The notes under the pieces were generated by a model, which was not told the DNA's origin, ran no database searches, and saw nothing but the letters and a program-made list of their open reading frames with translations. Shown here piece after piece: positions 18,439 through 28,534 of a DNA stretch of 64,000 bases. Position 1 is the stretch's first letter. The number at the start of each line of letters is the position of its first letter. The stretch is taken from sequence record NC_041917.1; one strand, written 5' to 3'. A program made the position numbers and the translations under genes.

Positions 18439-21201
18439 ATGTCTAAAAAAATTATGGGCGATTTGAATGTTGCCCGAAATACCTTATCATTTAGTAAAAA
18501 TACAATCCGTGATGTTAACAACATCACGGCTGATGTTAATGGTGATGTTATATATCCATATTATTCTAAAGAAGAAATTGACAAAATTGTTGCAACATTA
18601 CCAGTTTCTAGGATTGGTACTATGGATTATCTACCAATGAGTATCAATGGTTCATATGAAGGTGCTACTAACTACGATACGAAACGTATATTTCCAGTAA
18701 TGCTTGAAGATGATGGTACAATGGTTCTATTACGACCTGGAACAAATGGTAGTACTTTCGGGTACTACTATTCATATATTCCAAATGCACGTAGTAGTGA
18801 TTCGTTTATTCCAATACCAACAAATACAAAATATATACCAACTTTCTTTACGGCGAATCATTCATTAATTAATTTCATTGGTTCTAATGCTGGTGAAATT
18901 TTGATGATGCGTACAAATAATGGTACTAATGATACATATACACTAGCGTTAACAAATGGTACAATGAACTCTGTTTCCCATCAATATGTTGAATTTAACA
19001 GAACATTAATACCAAATACAGATCCTCAATATGTTATGATTTGTAATGGTATTGCATATATTTGGTGTATAGATAGCTATAATAATGCTGACCCATTTTC
19101 AATATCATTATATACAATAAGTGTAGATAATATTAGAAATGGAGTTACTACAACATTATCACGTATTACTGGATTTTCTGGAAAAACATTATATGGAGAT
19201 AACGTAACTGGTAGTTCTAATATCCAAATTACTCCAAAATTATCAAGTACTGTTACTTCTGATAAACCATTCACATTAGGTGTACCTAACGGATATTTCC
19301 TAAGTGTTAATACATGGCAATTGAATACAGATGGTGCAATACAAGCAGTTGGTAATGATAATAATACATCTATTAGAGTATCAGTATCACATGCGTATGA
19401 TAGTAATTCAAGTACTGGAAATCTAAGTCAAAAAGTATGGGGTTTTAGTTTCACTTACAATATTAGTACTAAAGCATATGCTTATGATACTACCAGTTTA
19501 GCACCAATAGTAGTTACTGCGAATGCAAGTACTGGTGCAGTTACAAGTACTACACAGTTCGATGTTAGAATGGAAAATATAAATGGATTCCCATCAGGAT
19601 CACAGGGTAATGTTCCAACAATATTTCAAACATTAGATGGGCAGGTTTTTAGTGCAGTAGCTCGATATGTTACTACTGCTGATTACAAAGTTACTCGTGC
19701 CACAATATCAGGTTTTACATCAAAATTTGATTCATTAAATCTAACAACTAGAACATTAACTAATCAAAAAGTTACATATGTTCAGCCACAATATGGCTCA
19801 GTTATTGGGGAAAATTTAATAAATCCGCAAATTATATCTCCTACTAAAATTGTAATGGCGGGTAGTGGTACTGAAAATGGGGTTACTTTTGGTTTCAACT
19901 CATTGGTAAGTACTGATTTCACTGGTTCTAGAAATTATGTATATCAATCTGTTAATGGTTCTCCAATAAATGGATATGCACCAAATATAAATCGGGCACA
20001 TCTAACGAATACAAATTTGATGTATAATGCTATGATTTCTATTGTTGCACAAGATGGAACAACAAAAGTATATGGCTCATCATTTATTGAAGGTGCACCA
20101 AATAAACCAGCGAATGGATTACTGAATCCAAGTACTATGCAATTTACTGGTTCATACACATTACAAAATGCTGCGGTTTTAACAACATTAAAAAATAATA
20201 TTCTTTCTAGAATAACTTTACCAGATAATATTTTAGATAGTAAAATTGTATTATATTACGTGCCAGATCAATCATTATGTAAAAGCATTGCAGCGGTTAT
20301 GGTAAGAACTGATGCTGATGCTGGGACAAATAATATTAATATTTTAACAGCAGAAGTTGATTTAACACTTTCCGGTACAGTTGTGACTGGTGGGACTGTA
20401 TTATCTACTTTCTCAAATCAACGTGGATTATATTCAACAAATATTAATACTAACCTTATAGAGCGTATGTGTGGATTAACAGTTGCAAAATATTCAGATT
20501 TTACATATCTTGGGGTTGGGACGGTTTATAATTCAAGAACAACAGGTAATGACATGTACTGTTCAATATTGGGTAAAATTGATAACTCAACACAGCGTAT
20601 ATCATCTAGTGCCTTAACATTAGTTGGTACACAATATGTTGCATTAGGTGGAGCTTACCAAGTTGGTGTAATTCCGAATGTAGGTTTTGGTGTATTTGAA
20701 ACTGGTCAAGTGGCAGATTTAGGTACTAAATTAGTATTCAAAAATTTCGGGACTACTAGTGCACAATTTGATACAATGATAACAGATTTAAGTGCTAATC
20801 CTATAGAGAGATTTGTCATCACTTCACAGGAAGTAGCACAAGGATTTAATGTATATTTTACACAAATTATACCAATACTACTAAATGGTAAGTACTATGA
20901 AATGTTACCAACAACAATAAATCTGAATTCTATTGAGTCAAATCCAGCTAATAAAACATTTTACATTTATATCGTTATAAATGAAGGTGTAGCTCAATAT
21001 CAAATTAGTACTTCTATACTTTCTGATGAATTGTATAGAGTATTCATTGGTACAATCGTAACTGGTGCATCAAGCATAACTTCATTAGTTACTGAGAAAG
21101 TTACTAGATTCTTAACTTATAGACCAAGTGTTACTAAACGTGGTTCAGCAATACCAGCAAGTACTGGTGTACCTTCAGGTACTGGTACACGTTGGCATTA
21201 A
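18439..21201 (+). CDS. Large putative virion fibre/structural protein, paralog 3
   Basis: 920 aa, same conserved blocks. Confidence 0.6.
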   Translation: MSKKIMGDLNVARNTLSFSKNTIRDVNNITADVNGDVIYPYYSKEEIDKIVATLPVSRIGTMDYLPMSINGSYEGATNYDTKRIFPVMLEDDGTMVLLRPGTNGSTFGYYYSYIPNARSSDSFIPIPTNTKYIPTFFTANHSLINFIGSNAGEILMMRTNNGTNDTYTLALTNGTMNSVSHQYVEFNRTLIPNTDPQYVMICNGIAYIWCIDSYNNADPFSISLYTISVDNIRNGVTTTLSRITGFSGKTLYGDNVTGSSNIQITPKLSSTVTSDKPFTLGVPNGYFLSVNTWQLNTDGAIQAVGNDNNTSIRVSVSHAYDSNSSTGNLSQKVWGFSFTYNISTKAYAYDTTSLAPIVVTANASTGAVTSTTQFDVRMENINGFPSGSQGNVPTIFQTLDGQVFSAVARYVTTADYKVTRATISGFTSKFDSLNLTTRTLTNQKVTYVQPQYGSVIGENLINPQIISPTKIVMAGSGTENGVTFGFNSLVSTDFTGSRNYVYQSVNGSPINGYAPNINRAHLTNTNLMYNAMISIVAQDGTTKVYGSSFIEGAPNKPANGLLNPSTMQFTGSYTLQNAAVLTTLKNNILSRITLPDNILDSKIVLYYVPDQSLCKSIAAVMVRTDADAGTNNINILTAEVDLTLSGTVVTGGTVLSTFSNQRGLYSTNINTNLIERMCGLTVAKYSDFTYLGVGTVYNSRTTGNDMYCSILGKIDNSTQRISSSALTLVGTQYVALGGAYQVGVIPNVGFGVFETGQVADLGTKLVFKNFGTTSAQFDTMITDLSANPIERFVITSQEVAQGFNVYFTQIIPILLNGKYYEMLPTTINLNSIESNPANKTFYIYIVINEGVAQYQISTSILSDELYRVFIGTIVTGASSITSLVTEKVTRFLTYRPSVTKRGSAIPASTGVPSGTGTRWH

Positions 21202-21203
21202 TC

Positions 21204-21245
21204 AAAAAAAAGCCCCTTGACAGGGGCTTTTTTTATGTGTACAAT
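21204..21245 (+). terminator. Bidirectional-type terminator whose loop is the -35 of a sigma70 promoter
   Basis: A8-GCCCC-TTGACA-GGGGC-T7; TTGACA (21217) N17 TACAAT (21240). Confidence 0.75.
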
Positions 21246-21280
21246 TTTCTGCATCTGACGAAAATAATGAAAATTATCCC

Positions 21281-21309
21281 TTGACAAGAGATTAAAAAAC
21301 ATGTACACT
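21281..21309 (+). promoter_or_regulatory. Sigma70-type early promoter
   Basis: TTGACA-N17-TACACT. Confidence 0.7.
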
Positions 21310-21325
21310 GTATAGGAAATTTCAT

Positions 21326-21883
21326 ATGGGATACCAACCAATGCCTAGAAATCCACCACCTCCAACAAAGAGTGATGAAGGTATAATTAATTTAGCAACA
21401 ATGTTAGAGATTCATCAACATTTGCATATTCTAGTACTTCGTAAAAGTGCGGGAAAGCTAATTGAATATATCATGCAGTTCAGGAATAAGAAACAAGCTA
21501 CAAATGCTATCATTCAAACAAAATATGAATTAAGTAAATGTCGTCCTGAAGTACTTGCAATGATGTTGTCAATGGCCAAAGACCCACGTAGGTTCAAATT
21601 TGCTGACACAACATGTGATAGCCGAATGGTACTGAACGATACAGTACATGGTACATATTTCCAAATTTATAATTTTAGTTCAAATCCAAATCGTTATTTG
21701 CCTAAAGTGTACATTAACAGTAAGGAATTTCTAAATGATAATGAAGAAATGGTTTTGTTCAAGATTGTAAAATCAATGAATATGATGCGTAATAATGAAT
21801 ATAAACTTCAAGAAGAATTGAAAACGTTAGAGGAACAAGAGAATGTTTTCCAAATATACCAAAATGAAAAATTGTTATCCTGA
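21326..21883 (+). CDS. Hypothetical protein, paralog family A
   Basis: Shares the IIxxKYxxSKxxP...MxxDxxRF block with 22857, 23681 and 24166. Confidence 0.65.
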   Translation: MGYQPMPRNPPPPTKSDEGIINLATMLEIHQHLHILVLRKSAGKLIEYIMQFRNKKQATNAIIQTKYELSKCRPEVLAMMLSMAKDPRRFKFADTTCDSRMVLNDTVHGTYFQIYNFSSNPNRYLPKVYINSKEFLNDNEEMVLFKIVKSMNMMRNNEYKLQEELKTLEEQENVFQIYQNEKLLS

Positions 21884-22112
21884 TAAATTGTATGAAATTC
21901 TGTTAAAACGGTTCTTTTTTGAAAATTACCCATCAGCAATGAATGTGATTTTACATCATGCAAGTACTTATAGTGATGGGAAAATTGTGGCATCCATTGA
22001 ATTTTGGTTCCCTAACAAACTTGTATTTGTAAATGCTCATATTTTTATTGATGAAGAATATCATTCAATTAATGTTTTTAACACTGATAAACTATTGGAG
22101 TTTGTGGAATGA
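21843..22112 (+). CDS. Hypothetical protein
   Basis: 89-aa ORF coupled to thg1. Confidence 0.5.
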   Translation: MFSKYTKMKNCYPDKLYEILLKRFFFENYPSAMNVILHHASTYSDGKIVASIEFWFPNKLVFVNAHIFIDEEYHSINVFNTDKLLEFVE

Positions 22113-22879
22113 AACTCGGTGATCGTATTAAACTGTACGAAAAAATGGAAACCTCAAACAAATTTATGCCATGGCTTCCGATTTATGCACGTATCGATGG
22201 TCGTTCATTTAGTAAATTTACTAATGGTATGATTAAACCATACGATCCTATTCTTAGTCGTATTATGCAAGAAGTTACTGCGTATCTTGTTAAAGAAACG
22301 AGTGCATGTATTGGTTATACTCAATCGGATGAAATTAGCTTAGTGTTTATGCAAAAATCACCAGAGAGTGATGTTTTCTTTAGTGGTAAGAAGCAGAAAA
22401 TGGTTTCAGTACTTGCAGCATTAGCTACTGCTAAGTTCATTGAACTTGCACTGAAATTCTATCCTGAAGAATGTGCAAAACGTCTTCCAGTGTTTGATTG
22501 TCGTGTATTTCAGGTTCCAAATAAATCTGAGGCGGCGAACTGTTTGATTTGGCGGTCACAAGATGCAATTCGTAACAGTATTCAAATGGCTGGACGTGCA
22601 GTATTCTCGCATAAAGAACTAGATCGTAAAAATCAAAATGATATTCTTGATATGCTTATCAATGAAAAGGGTATCAACTGGAATGAATATCCTAAGTTCT
22701 TTAAAGAAGGTTCATTCTTCCAACGAGTAACTTATATGAAAGAAGTACTTGATGGGGAACCAGTGATGCGGTCTAAAGTTGATGAAGTTATCGTTGATAC
22801 AAAATTTGAAGATCTCAATACTGAAGAAAAGGTTAAACTTATTTTTGGAGATGAGGATGTTCAAAAAACGCAAGAATAA
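22109..22879 (+). CDS. thg1: tRNA(His) guanylyltransferase Thg1-like protein
   Basis: IYARIDGRSFSKFT, GYTQSDEISL, FDCRVF, WRSQDAIRNSI. Confidence 0.92.
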   Translation: MKLGDRIKLYEKMETSNKFMPWLPIYARIDGRSFSKFTNGMIKPYDPILSRIMQEVTAYLVKETSACIGYTQSDEISLVFMQKSPESDVFFSGKKQKMVSVLAALATAKFIELALKFYPEECAKRLPVFDCRVFQVPNKSEAANCLIWRSQDAIRNSIQMAGRAVFSHKELDRKNQNDILDMLINEKGINWNEYPKFFKEGSFFQRVTYMKEVLDGEPVMRSKVDEVIVDTKFEDLNTEEKVKLIFGDEDVQKTQE

Positions 22880-23363
22880 AATTTCTCCAGATGAGAAGTA
22901 CTTGATTGCGTATATATTACGAGGGAGCACTAGCTCCCTTTTGAATTATATGGCAACTCATCCATATGGAATGAATGCTGCTCGAAAAGATATAATTAAA
23001 ATCAAGTACTGGTTTTCTAAATGCCATCCTGTTGTTCAAAATCTTATTCGTAAAATGGTAACGAAATTTGAGTACTTTAACATTGACACGAATTTACATT
23101 ATAATTTTCATGATGATGATTACATTGTATATACCACAACGGATATAGATACTGGATATTGGTTCAGATGTTATGATATTGGTTGTGGTCAACCGGATAT
23201 TAAAATTGCGGAAGATGGGATTTTAACCAACTCATCACTTGAACACAAAATGTTTGTATATGCGATAAAGTCTGTTTCGTACATCAAAGAAAATATTGTT
23301 CAAATTCAAAAAGATCAAAAAACGGATCAAATGAAACAACAATATATGGAAGTATATAAATGA
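22857..23363 (+). CDS. Hypothetical protein, paralog family A
   Basis: RKDIIKIKYWFSKCHP. Confidence 0.65.
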   Translation: MFKKRKNKISPDEKYLIAYILRGSTSSLLNYMATHPYGMNAARKDIIKIKYWFSKCHPVVQNLIRKMVTKFEYFNIDTNLHYNFHDDDYIVYTTTDIDTGYWFRCYDIGCGQPDIKIAEDGILTNSSLEHKMFVYAIKSVSYIKENIVQIQKDQKTDQMKQQYMEVYK

Positions 23364-23662
23364 ATTATATTACTCCTATATTAATAAATCGTCATAAAGA
23401 AAAATTTGACATTTATATTGGTCGTGGTACAATATGGGGAAATCCACACCCTATTGACAAAGGTGCTGGTATTTCCCGACAAGTTTCTATAGAAATGTAC
23501 AAAGATCACTTGTATTCTTCGATTGAAGCTGGTACAATCACCATAGATGACTTTTTAAGCCTCTCAGGTAAACGAATAGGCTGTTCATGTGCACCGTTGC
23601 CATGTCACGGTGATGTAATAATTGAAGTATTCAATGAAATTGTTGCAATGTTGCAATGCTAA
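23360..23662 (+). CDS. DUF4326-family protein
   Basis: DIYIGRGTIWGNPH...LSGKRIGCSCAPLPCHGDVI. Confidence 0.85.
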   Translation: MNYITPILINRHKEKFDIYIGRGTIWGNPHPIDKGAGISRQVSIEMYKDHLYSSIEAGTITIDDFLSLSGKRIGCSCAPLPCHGDVIIEVFNEIVAMLQC

Positions 23663-23680
23663 ATGAAAATTGAGGTTCAG

Positions 23681-24160
23681 ATGAAACGTTCAGAAGTTTT
23701 ATTTGCAATACTAAGAAAGAGTAAAAAAGTACTTGAAGAATTTGCAGTTTCTAATCGTCAACGTAAATTCATTATTGAAATGAAATATAATTATTCTAAA
23801 CTACAACCAACATTACGCAACATGATGCGTATTATGGCTACTGACATTGAACGTTTTGAACTTTTAAATGAGAAAAATATGAAAGACGTTCTTGAAAATT
23901 TTCATTTAAGTGGTATGGAACGTCCCGAATGTTACATCGAACAACACCCAGCATTGATTGATATTAATACTGGTAAAAAGTTTATTATCAAGCGTGAAGA
24001 AATTATTTCTGGTGATGTTGTTGTATTCAAAGATGCTGAACATAAAGCATTTATTGTAGCATATAATTGTTTAGTATTGGCTAAAGAAAATCAGGAAATC
24101 ATGATTCGAACTCGTGATGAAGAAGAAAAACGCCAATCAGTACTTTCAGAATATCAGTGA
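23681..24160 (+). CDS. Hypothetical protein, paralog family A
   Basis: RKFIIEMKYNYSKLQP...MATDIERF. Confidence 0.65.
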   Translation: MKRSEVLFAILRKSKKVLEEFAVSNRQRKFIIEMKYNYSKLQPTLRNMMRIMATDIERFELLNEKNMKDVLENFHLSGMERPECYIEQHPALIDINTGKKFIIKREEIISGDVVVFKDAEHKAFIVAYNCLVLAKENQEIMIRTRDEEEKRQSVLSEYQ

Positions 24161-24165
24161 GGATA

Positions 24166-24732
24166 ATGATGAATGATATTATGTTGATGATTCTGATGTT
24201 CAGGCAGAATTCAAAACTTTTAAAAGAATATACTAATAGCGATTCGGCTACAGTTCGAAAAGAATATCGAAAAAAATTGATTCAAATAAAGTCGTATCTT
24301 TCGACTATCAGTTCTGAGCAATATAACATTATAAAAGCTATCAGTACTGATTTTGATCGTTTTAACGTTTTCCATATGAAAACAGATTATAATCCCCAAA
24401 TGAGTATGGTAAGATTAAGGTTTTCCTTCATACATCCTTCAACTGGTGAAATATACCGAATTATAGATCGAGCAAATTCAAATGGATACTATCATCCATT
24501 AGTACTACATGATACTAAAATGGATGTTTTCTTTATATTAGACCGAGATACAACTATAGTAGATAATGTTGAAGTTTTTGAAAAAGGTGAACATAATCTA
24601 CTAGTTAAATTTGTTTCAGAATTACAAAAAGCTAAAGAACGTGAAGCACATATTTTACACCAGAAAAAAGTGCGTGAAGAAGAATTAGCCAAGGAACGTA
24701 AAAAAGCAAGCATTCTAGCAAAATATTCATAA
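24166..24732 (+). CDS. Hypothetical protein, paralog family A (diverged)
   Basis: RKKLIQIKSYLS...ISTDFDRF. Confidence 0.6.
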   Translation: MMNDIMLMILMFRQNSKLLKEYTNSDSATVRKEYRKKLIQIKSYLSTISSEQYNIIKAISTDFDRFNVFHMKTDYNPQMSMVRLRFSFIHPSTGEIYRIIDRANSNGYYHPLVLHDTKMDVFFILDRDTTIVDNVEVFEKGEHNLLVKFVSELQKAKEREAHILHQKKVREEELAKERKKASILAKYS

Positions 24733-24740
24733 GGAAAGTA

Positions 24741-25601
24741 ATGGAATATAACGGACAATTCCCGCACCAAACAATTGAATTTAACTCAAGTACAGTCATT
24801 GTGATAAACGGTGACTGTACTGAAGTACTTAAAGAATTGAATGAATTAGGTTTTAAGTTTAACACAACTATAACATCCCCACCATATGCTGAACAACGCA
24901 AAGATGTATACGATAGTATTAGTCCTGCTGATTTTCCATCATGGTATACCGGAATAAGTACTGACATTATGAATGTTCTTCATGATGATGGTTCTTATTT
25001 CTTTAATATTAAAGAACATGTTGACAAAGGTAAGCGTGATGTATATGTATACAAAACAATTATTGATATGTCTAATGTTTATAATTGGAGTGATGAATAT
25101 ATTTGGAATAAAACAAATCCATTCCCAACTGGTGCAAAAACTAGATTAAAAGATGGGTTTGAAAGAATATATCAATTTAATCATACTACGAAATATAAAT
25201 TCTTTCCAGATGAAGTTAAAGTTCAGAGTACTTCAAAATATCTAGAAAGTGAGAAGAAAAGAAAAAACAAAGGTGAACATAACGTTAACAATGGTTCCTC
25301 TATGAACATGACTAAGCGTGTTGCTGAAGACATGGTTAGACCAAGTAACGTTCTAACTTGCAGTACCAGTAATTTAAATATTGGTCATCCAGCAGTATTC
25401 CCTATTGATATTCCCAACTTCTATATAAAATTAACTACTGAGCCTAATGATTGGGTACTAGACCCGTTTGGTGGTTCAGGAACTACCGCACTTAGTTCAA
25501 TACAACTTGGACGAAATTGTGTTCTAATAGAAAAATCTGAACAGTACTATAATCTAATTATAGAACGATTACTACAATATGGTAGGGAGAATTATCAATG
25601 A
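24741..25601 (+). CDS. Beta-class DNA N4-cytosine/N6-adenine methyltransferase
   Basis: TSPPY (motif IV) N-terminal; HPAVFP and VLDPFGGSGTT (motif I) C-terminal. Confidence 0.92.
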   Translation: MEYNGQFPHQTIEFNSSTVIVINGDCTEVLKELNELGFKFNTTITSPPYAEQRKDVYDSISPADFPSWYTGISTDIMNVLHDDGSYFFNIKEHVDKGKRDVYVYKTIIDMSNVYNWSDEYIWNKTNPFPTGAKTRLKDGFERIYQFNHTTKYKFFPDEVKVQSTSKYLESEKKRKNKGEHNVNNGSSMNMTKRVAEDMVRPSNVLTCSTSNLNIGHPAVFPIDIPNFYIKLTTEPNDWVLDPFGGSGTTALSSIQLGRNCVLIEKSEQYYNLIIERLLQYGRENYQ

Positions 25602-25888
25602 GTGATGATAGATTAAATCAACGAATGAATGAAGAAGCAAAAAGTGTTGAAGTTTTTAACTTAACTAAATCTAGTGATGTTTTTAGATTATTGTCTGAAA
25701 CAGTTGAAACGCCAAAAGAGTTAGAACCAGTACTTGCTAAAATTGCTGTAATTGGAGAACTTGGTAAATCTTCATGGTATGAAGTAGTATATCATAACGG
25801 AGATGAATGGTGCTGTTATGCTGGATCAAAAACATTCCAAGATGGTGAACGAGTTTTGGATTGGAAATATTGTACTGATGTTTTATAA
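25598..25888 (+). CDS. Hypothetical protein
   Basis: 96-aa coupled ORF. Confidence 0.65.
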   Translation: MSDDRLNQRMNEEAKSVEVFNLTKSSDVFRLLSETVETPKELEPVLAKIAVIGELGKSSWYEVVYHNGDEWCCYAGSKTFQDGERVLDWKYCTDVL

Positions 25889-25897
25889 GGAAAAAAA

Positions 25898-27142
25898 ATG
25901 AAAAATAATCACCTAGACAATTTAATTGTTAGACACCTTGCAGGTTCACAAGCTTATGGCACAAGTACACCTACATCAGATACTGACTATAGAGGTATTT
26001 TTGTTGCTGATAAAGAATTCATCATTACTCCATTCTTTAAAGTTAATGAAGTTAATGATGCATCCGAAGAAGATACTAAGTATTATGAACTTAACAACTA
26101 TATGCAACTTTATTTGACTGCTAATCCAAATATTCTTGAATCTCTTTGGGTAGATGAGTCTGATATTGTTTTTAAAAATGAAATGTATGATCATCTTCGT
26201 TCCGCTCGTACTGAACTTCTATCCACAAAAATTGCATTTACATACACTGGCTATGCTCATAACCAAGCGAAACGTATGAAAAATCACCACACATGGATGG
26301 AAAAAGAGCGTACTGGTGTTCGTATTTTACAAGAACTAATTGACCAATATCCATGCGAACAAATGGTTCAATGGATTGGCGATTCATTCCCATCTTATAT
26401 TATGAATCTAGTTAATCTAGAAAAAGCACGTGGTGTTTGGATTAAAGGTATTATTGATTTTGAAAAATTTATGCGTAATGCTTCATTGCAAATGCTAAGT
26501 ACTAATCCATTAAAACAATACCACTTTGTAAAATTAGTACATAACTATTTTGACCACCAAGTACTTGATCGTGATTTTAATATTCTAAATTATAATCATG
26601 GATACCAACTTGTTCCTTATGGAGATAACATTTTTGGTCTTGTTGAGCGGGAAGGTTCTAAAACTATTAATGATGATGGTAGTATTCATCGTATTGATAC
26701 TTCAAATCTTACACTACAAGAGGTGAAAGAAACACCTAAATTGATCGTTAAATTCAACAAGGATGAATATGAGAAAAGTTCTGACAATCGTCACAACTAT
26801 CATCATTGGAAGGAAAATCGTAATGAAGCTCGTTCTGAACTAGAACAGTTAAATGGTTATGATACCAAACATGCAATGCACGTTGTTCGTCTACTACGTA
26901 CTGCTGAAGAAGCCTTAGAAACTGGTGAAATTCATGTTAAACGACCTGATGCAGCAGAACTTTTAGCTATCCGAAATGGTGCGTGGAGTTATGATGAAAT
27001 GATGCAGTACTGGAATGAAAAAGACCAGTATATTCGTGAAGTACTATATAAACAATCAGATTTACCAAAAAATCCCGATATTCATAAAGCAGCACAGCTA
27101 CTTATTGAACTTCGTGAAATTCAATGGTATGGGAAAAAATAA
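25898..27142 (+). CDS. Pol-beta-superfamily nucleotidyltransferase (RlaP/PF10127-like) with central insertion
   Basis: LAGSQAYGTSTPTSDTDYRGIF, NPNILESL, YDTKHAMHVVRLL, ELLAIRNG. Confidence 0.85.
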   Translation: MKNNHLDNLIVRHLAGSQAYGTSTPTSDTDYRGIFVADKEFIITPFFKVNEVNDASEEDTKYYELNNYMQLYLTANPNILESLWVDESDIVFKNEMYDHLRSARTELLSTKIAFTYTGYAHNQAKRMKNHHTWMEKERTGVRILQELIDQYPCEQMVQWIGDSFPSYIMNLVNLEKARGVWIKGIIDFEKFMRNASLQMLSTNPLKQYHFVKLVHNYFDHQVLDRDFNILNYNHGYQLVPYGDNIFGLVEREGSKTINDDGSIHRIDTSNLTLQEVKETPKLIVKFNKDEYEKSSDNRHNYHHWKENRNEARSELEQLNGYDTKHAMHVVRLLRTAEEALETGEIHVKRPDAAELLAIRNGAWSYDEMMQYWNEKDQYIREVLYKQSDLPKNPDIHKAAQLLIELREIQWYGKK

Positions 27143-27570
27143 TGAACTTACTAGAACAATTTAAAACTGCACAAGCAGTTTATCTAGGTCTTATCAATGA
27201 ACACGGCTCTGATATTATCGTGGAGCTACTTAACGACATTCAATCTCGTCATCCAAAATTTAATGCAACTACAATTGTAGGTTATACTCCAGAATGGAAT
27301 GATGGCGAAGCATGTGAACATAGTTCTGATATTTGTGTATCATATCTATCAGATGATATTCTTGATAAACTTACTGATATGACCGAATCATTAGGTGAAG
27401 ACTTTGAACTTAATGATATGTCTCGTGAAGAAGCACGTGATATTGAAAAACAACTCAATCTCGCAGATGTAATTTTACAAGAAATCTATGGTACTAATTA
27501 CCAACTTGGTGCAATCTTTGTAGATGGTACTTTTAAACTTTTCCACTCTGAATATGAATGCGGGTACTAA
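27142..27570 (+). CDS. Acidic hypothetical protein, triplicated family B copy 1
   Basis: GYTPEWNDGEACEHSS...EYECGY. Confidence 0.75.
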   Translation: MNLLEQFKTAQAVYLGLINEHGSDIIVELLNDIQSRHPKFNATTIVGYTPEWNDGEACEHSSDICVSYLSDDILDKLTDMTESLGEDFELNDMSREEARDIEKQLNLADVILQEIYGTNYQLGAIFVDGTFKLFHSEYECGY

Positions 27571-27572
27571 TT

Positions 27573-28058
27573 ATGTCAATTTATAATGATTATAAAACAA
27601 AGAAAAACGAATATTTTACTTTTCTAAATTCTAATAAAAACGATATTTTCAATTCAGCAATTGAAGAATTGAAATTACTAATACCTGATGTAAAAACTAT
27701 TGGTATTATTGGATATACACCAGGATTTAATGATGGTGAACCATGTACCCATAGTTCGTATTCATTTTTTGATGATTTCGGGGAATTAATAGAATTATCC
27801 GATTACAATTCTGAAGTACTCTCATGTTTCAACATTCCTGAAGATGTACTAGATGAAGATGAAAGTGATATTTATGATTGGATTAGTGACAATACTTCAC
27901 TAAAATTAACATCAGCAGATCGACAATTGGGTAATGCAATTATGAGTGATTTGGAAGCATTGGCTGAAGATATTTGGTACACAGACTTCATTATCATGGT
28001 TGACCTATCTGAAAATACGCCAGTCGTTAAGCATATTGAATATCAGTGCGGGTACTAA
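27573..28058 (+). CDS. Acidic hypothetical protein, family B copy 2
   Basis: GYTPGFNDGEPCTHSS...EYQCGY. Confidence 0.75.
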   Translation: MSIYNDYKTKKNEYFTFLNSNKNDIFNSAIEELKLLIPDVKTIGIIGYTPGFNDGEPCTHSSYSFFDDFGELIELSDYNSEVLSCFNIPEDVLDEDESDIYDWISDNTSLKLTSADRQLGNAIMSDLEALAEDIWYTDFIIMVDLSENTPVVKHIEYQCGY

Positions 28059-28060
28059 TT

Positions 28061-28534
28061 ATGTTTGATAAAATTACTATTGCTTCAAAGGAATACAAAG
28101 CTGCGATAAAGCAGCTTAAAACAACTTTACGAAATGAATTCAATGATAAATTGAAATCTGACTGCACAGAACTCAAATCCGCGTACCCTAATTTGGATCG
28201 TATTTTTATTCTTGGTAGCACTCCAGAATGGAATGATGGTGAAGAATGTACTCATGACTCATCTGTGTATATTGAAAATACTTCTAATTACAGCGACTGT
28301 AAAGAATATTTTGAGTGTGTATTTGGATGGGATGAACCTGAAATTCCTGAGCATTTAGTAGATTCTAACAAGAATCTATCTGATAATGATGTTACAGAAA
28401 TTAAAAATATTATTCGTCAAAGTGGTTTAGAAAATATTCTAGAAGTAATTTATGAAACTAACTTCAACGTTGTGATCGATTTTACTGGCGACGAAGTACA
28501 AGTGACGGTAGAAGACTATGAATGTGGACACTAA
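28061..28534 (+). CDS. Acidic hypothetical protein, family B copy 3
   Basis: GSTPEWNDGEECTHDS...DYECGH. Confidence 0.75.
   Translation: MFDKITIASKEYKAAIKQLKTTLRNEFNDKLKSDCTELKSAYPNLDRIFILGSTPEWNDGEECTHDSSVYIENTSNYSDCKEYFECVFGWDEPEIPEHLVDSNKNLSDNDVTEIKNIIRQSGLENILEVIYETNFNVVIDFTGDEVQVTVEDYECGH

Noticed and set aside
27550-28066. Repeated GCGGGTACTAATTATGT as a CRISPR or att-like repeat
   Set aside because: Only two copies, both at junctions of duplicated paralogous genes; explained by tandem gene duplication.
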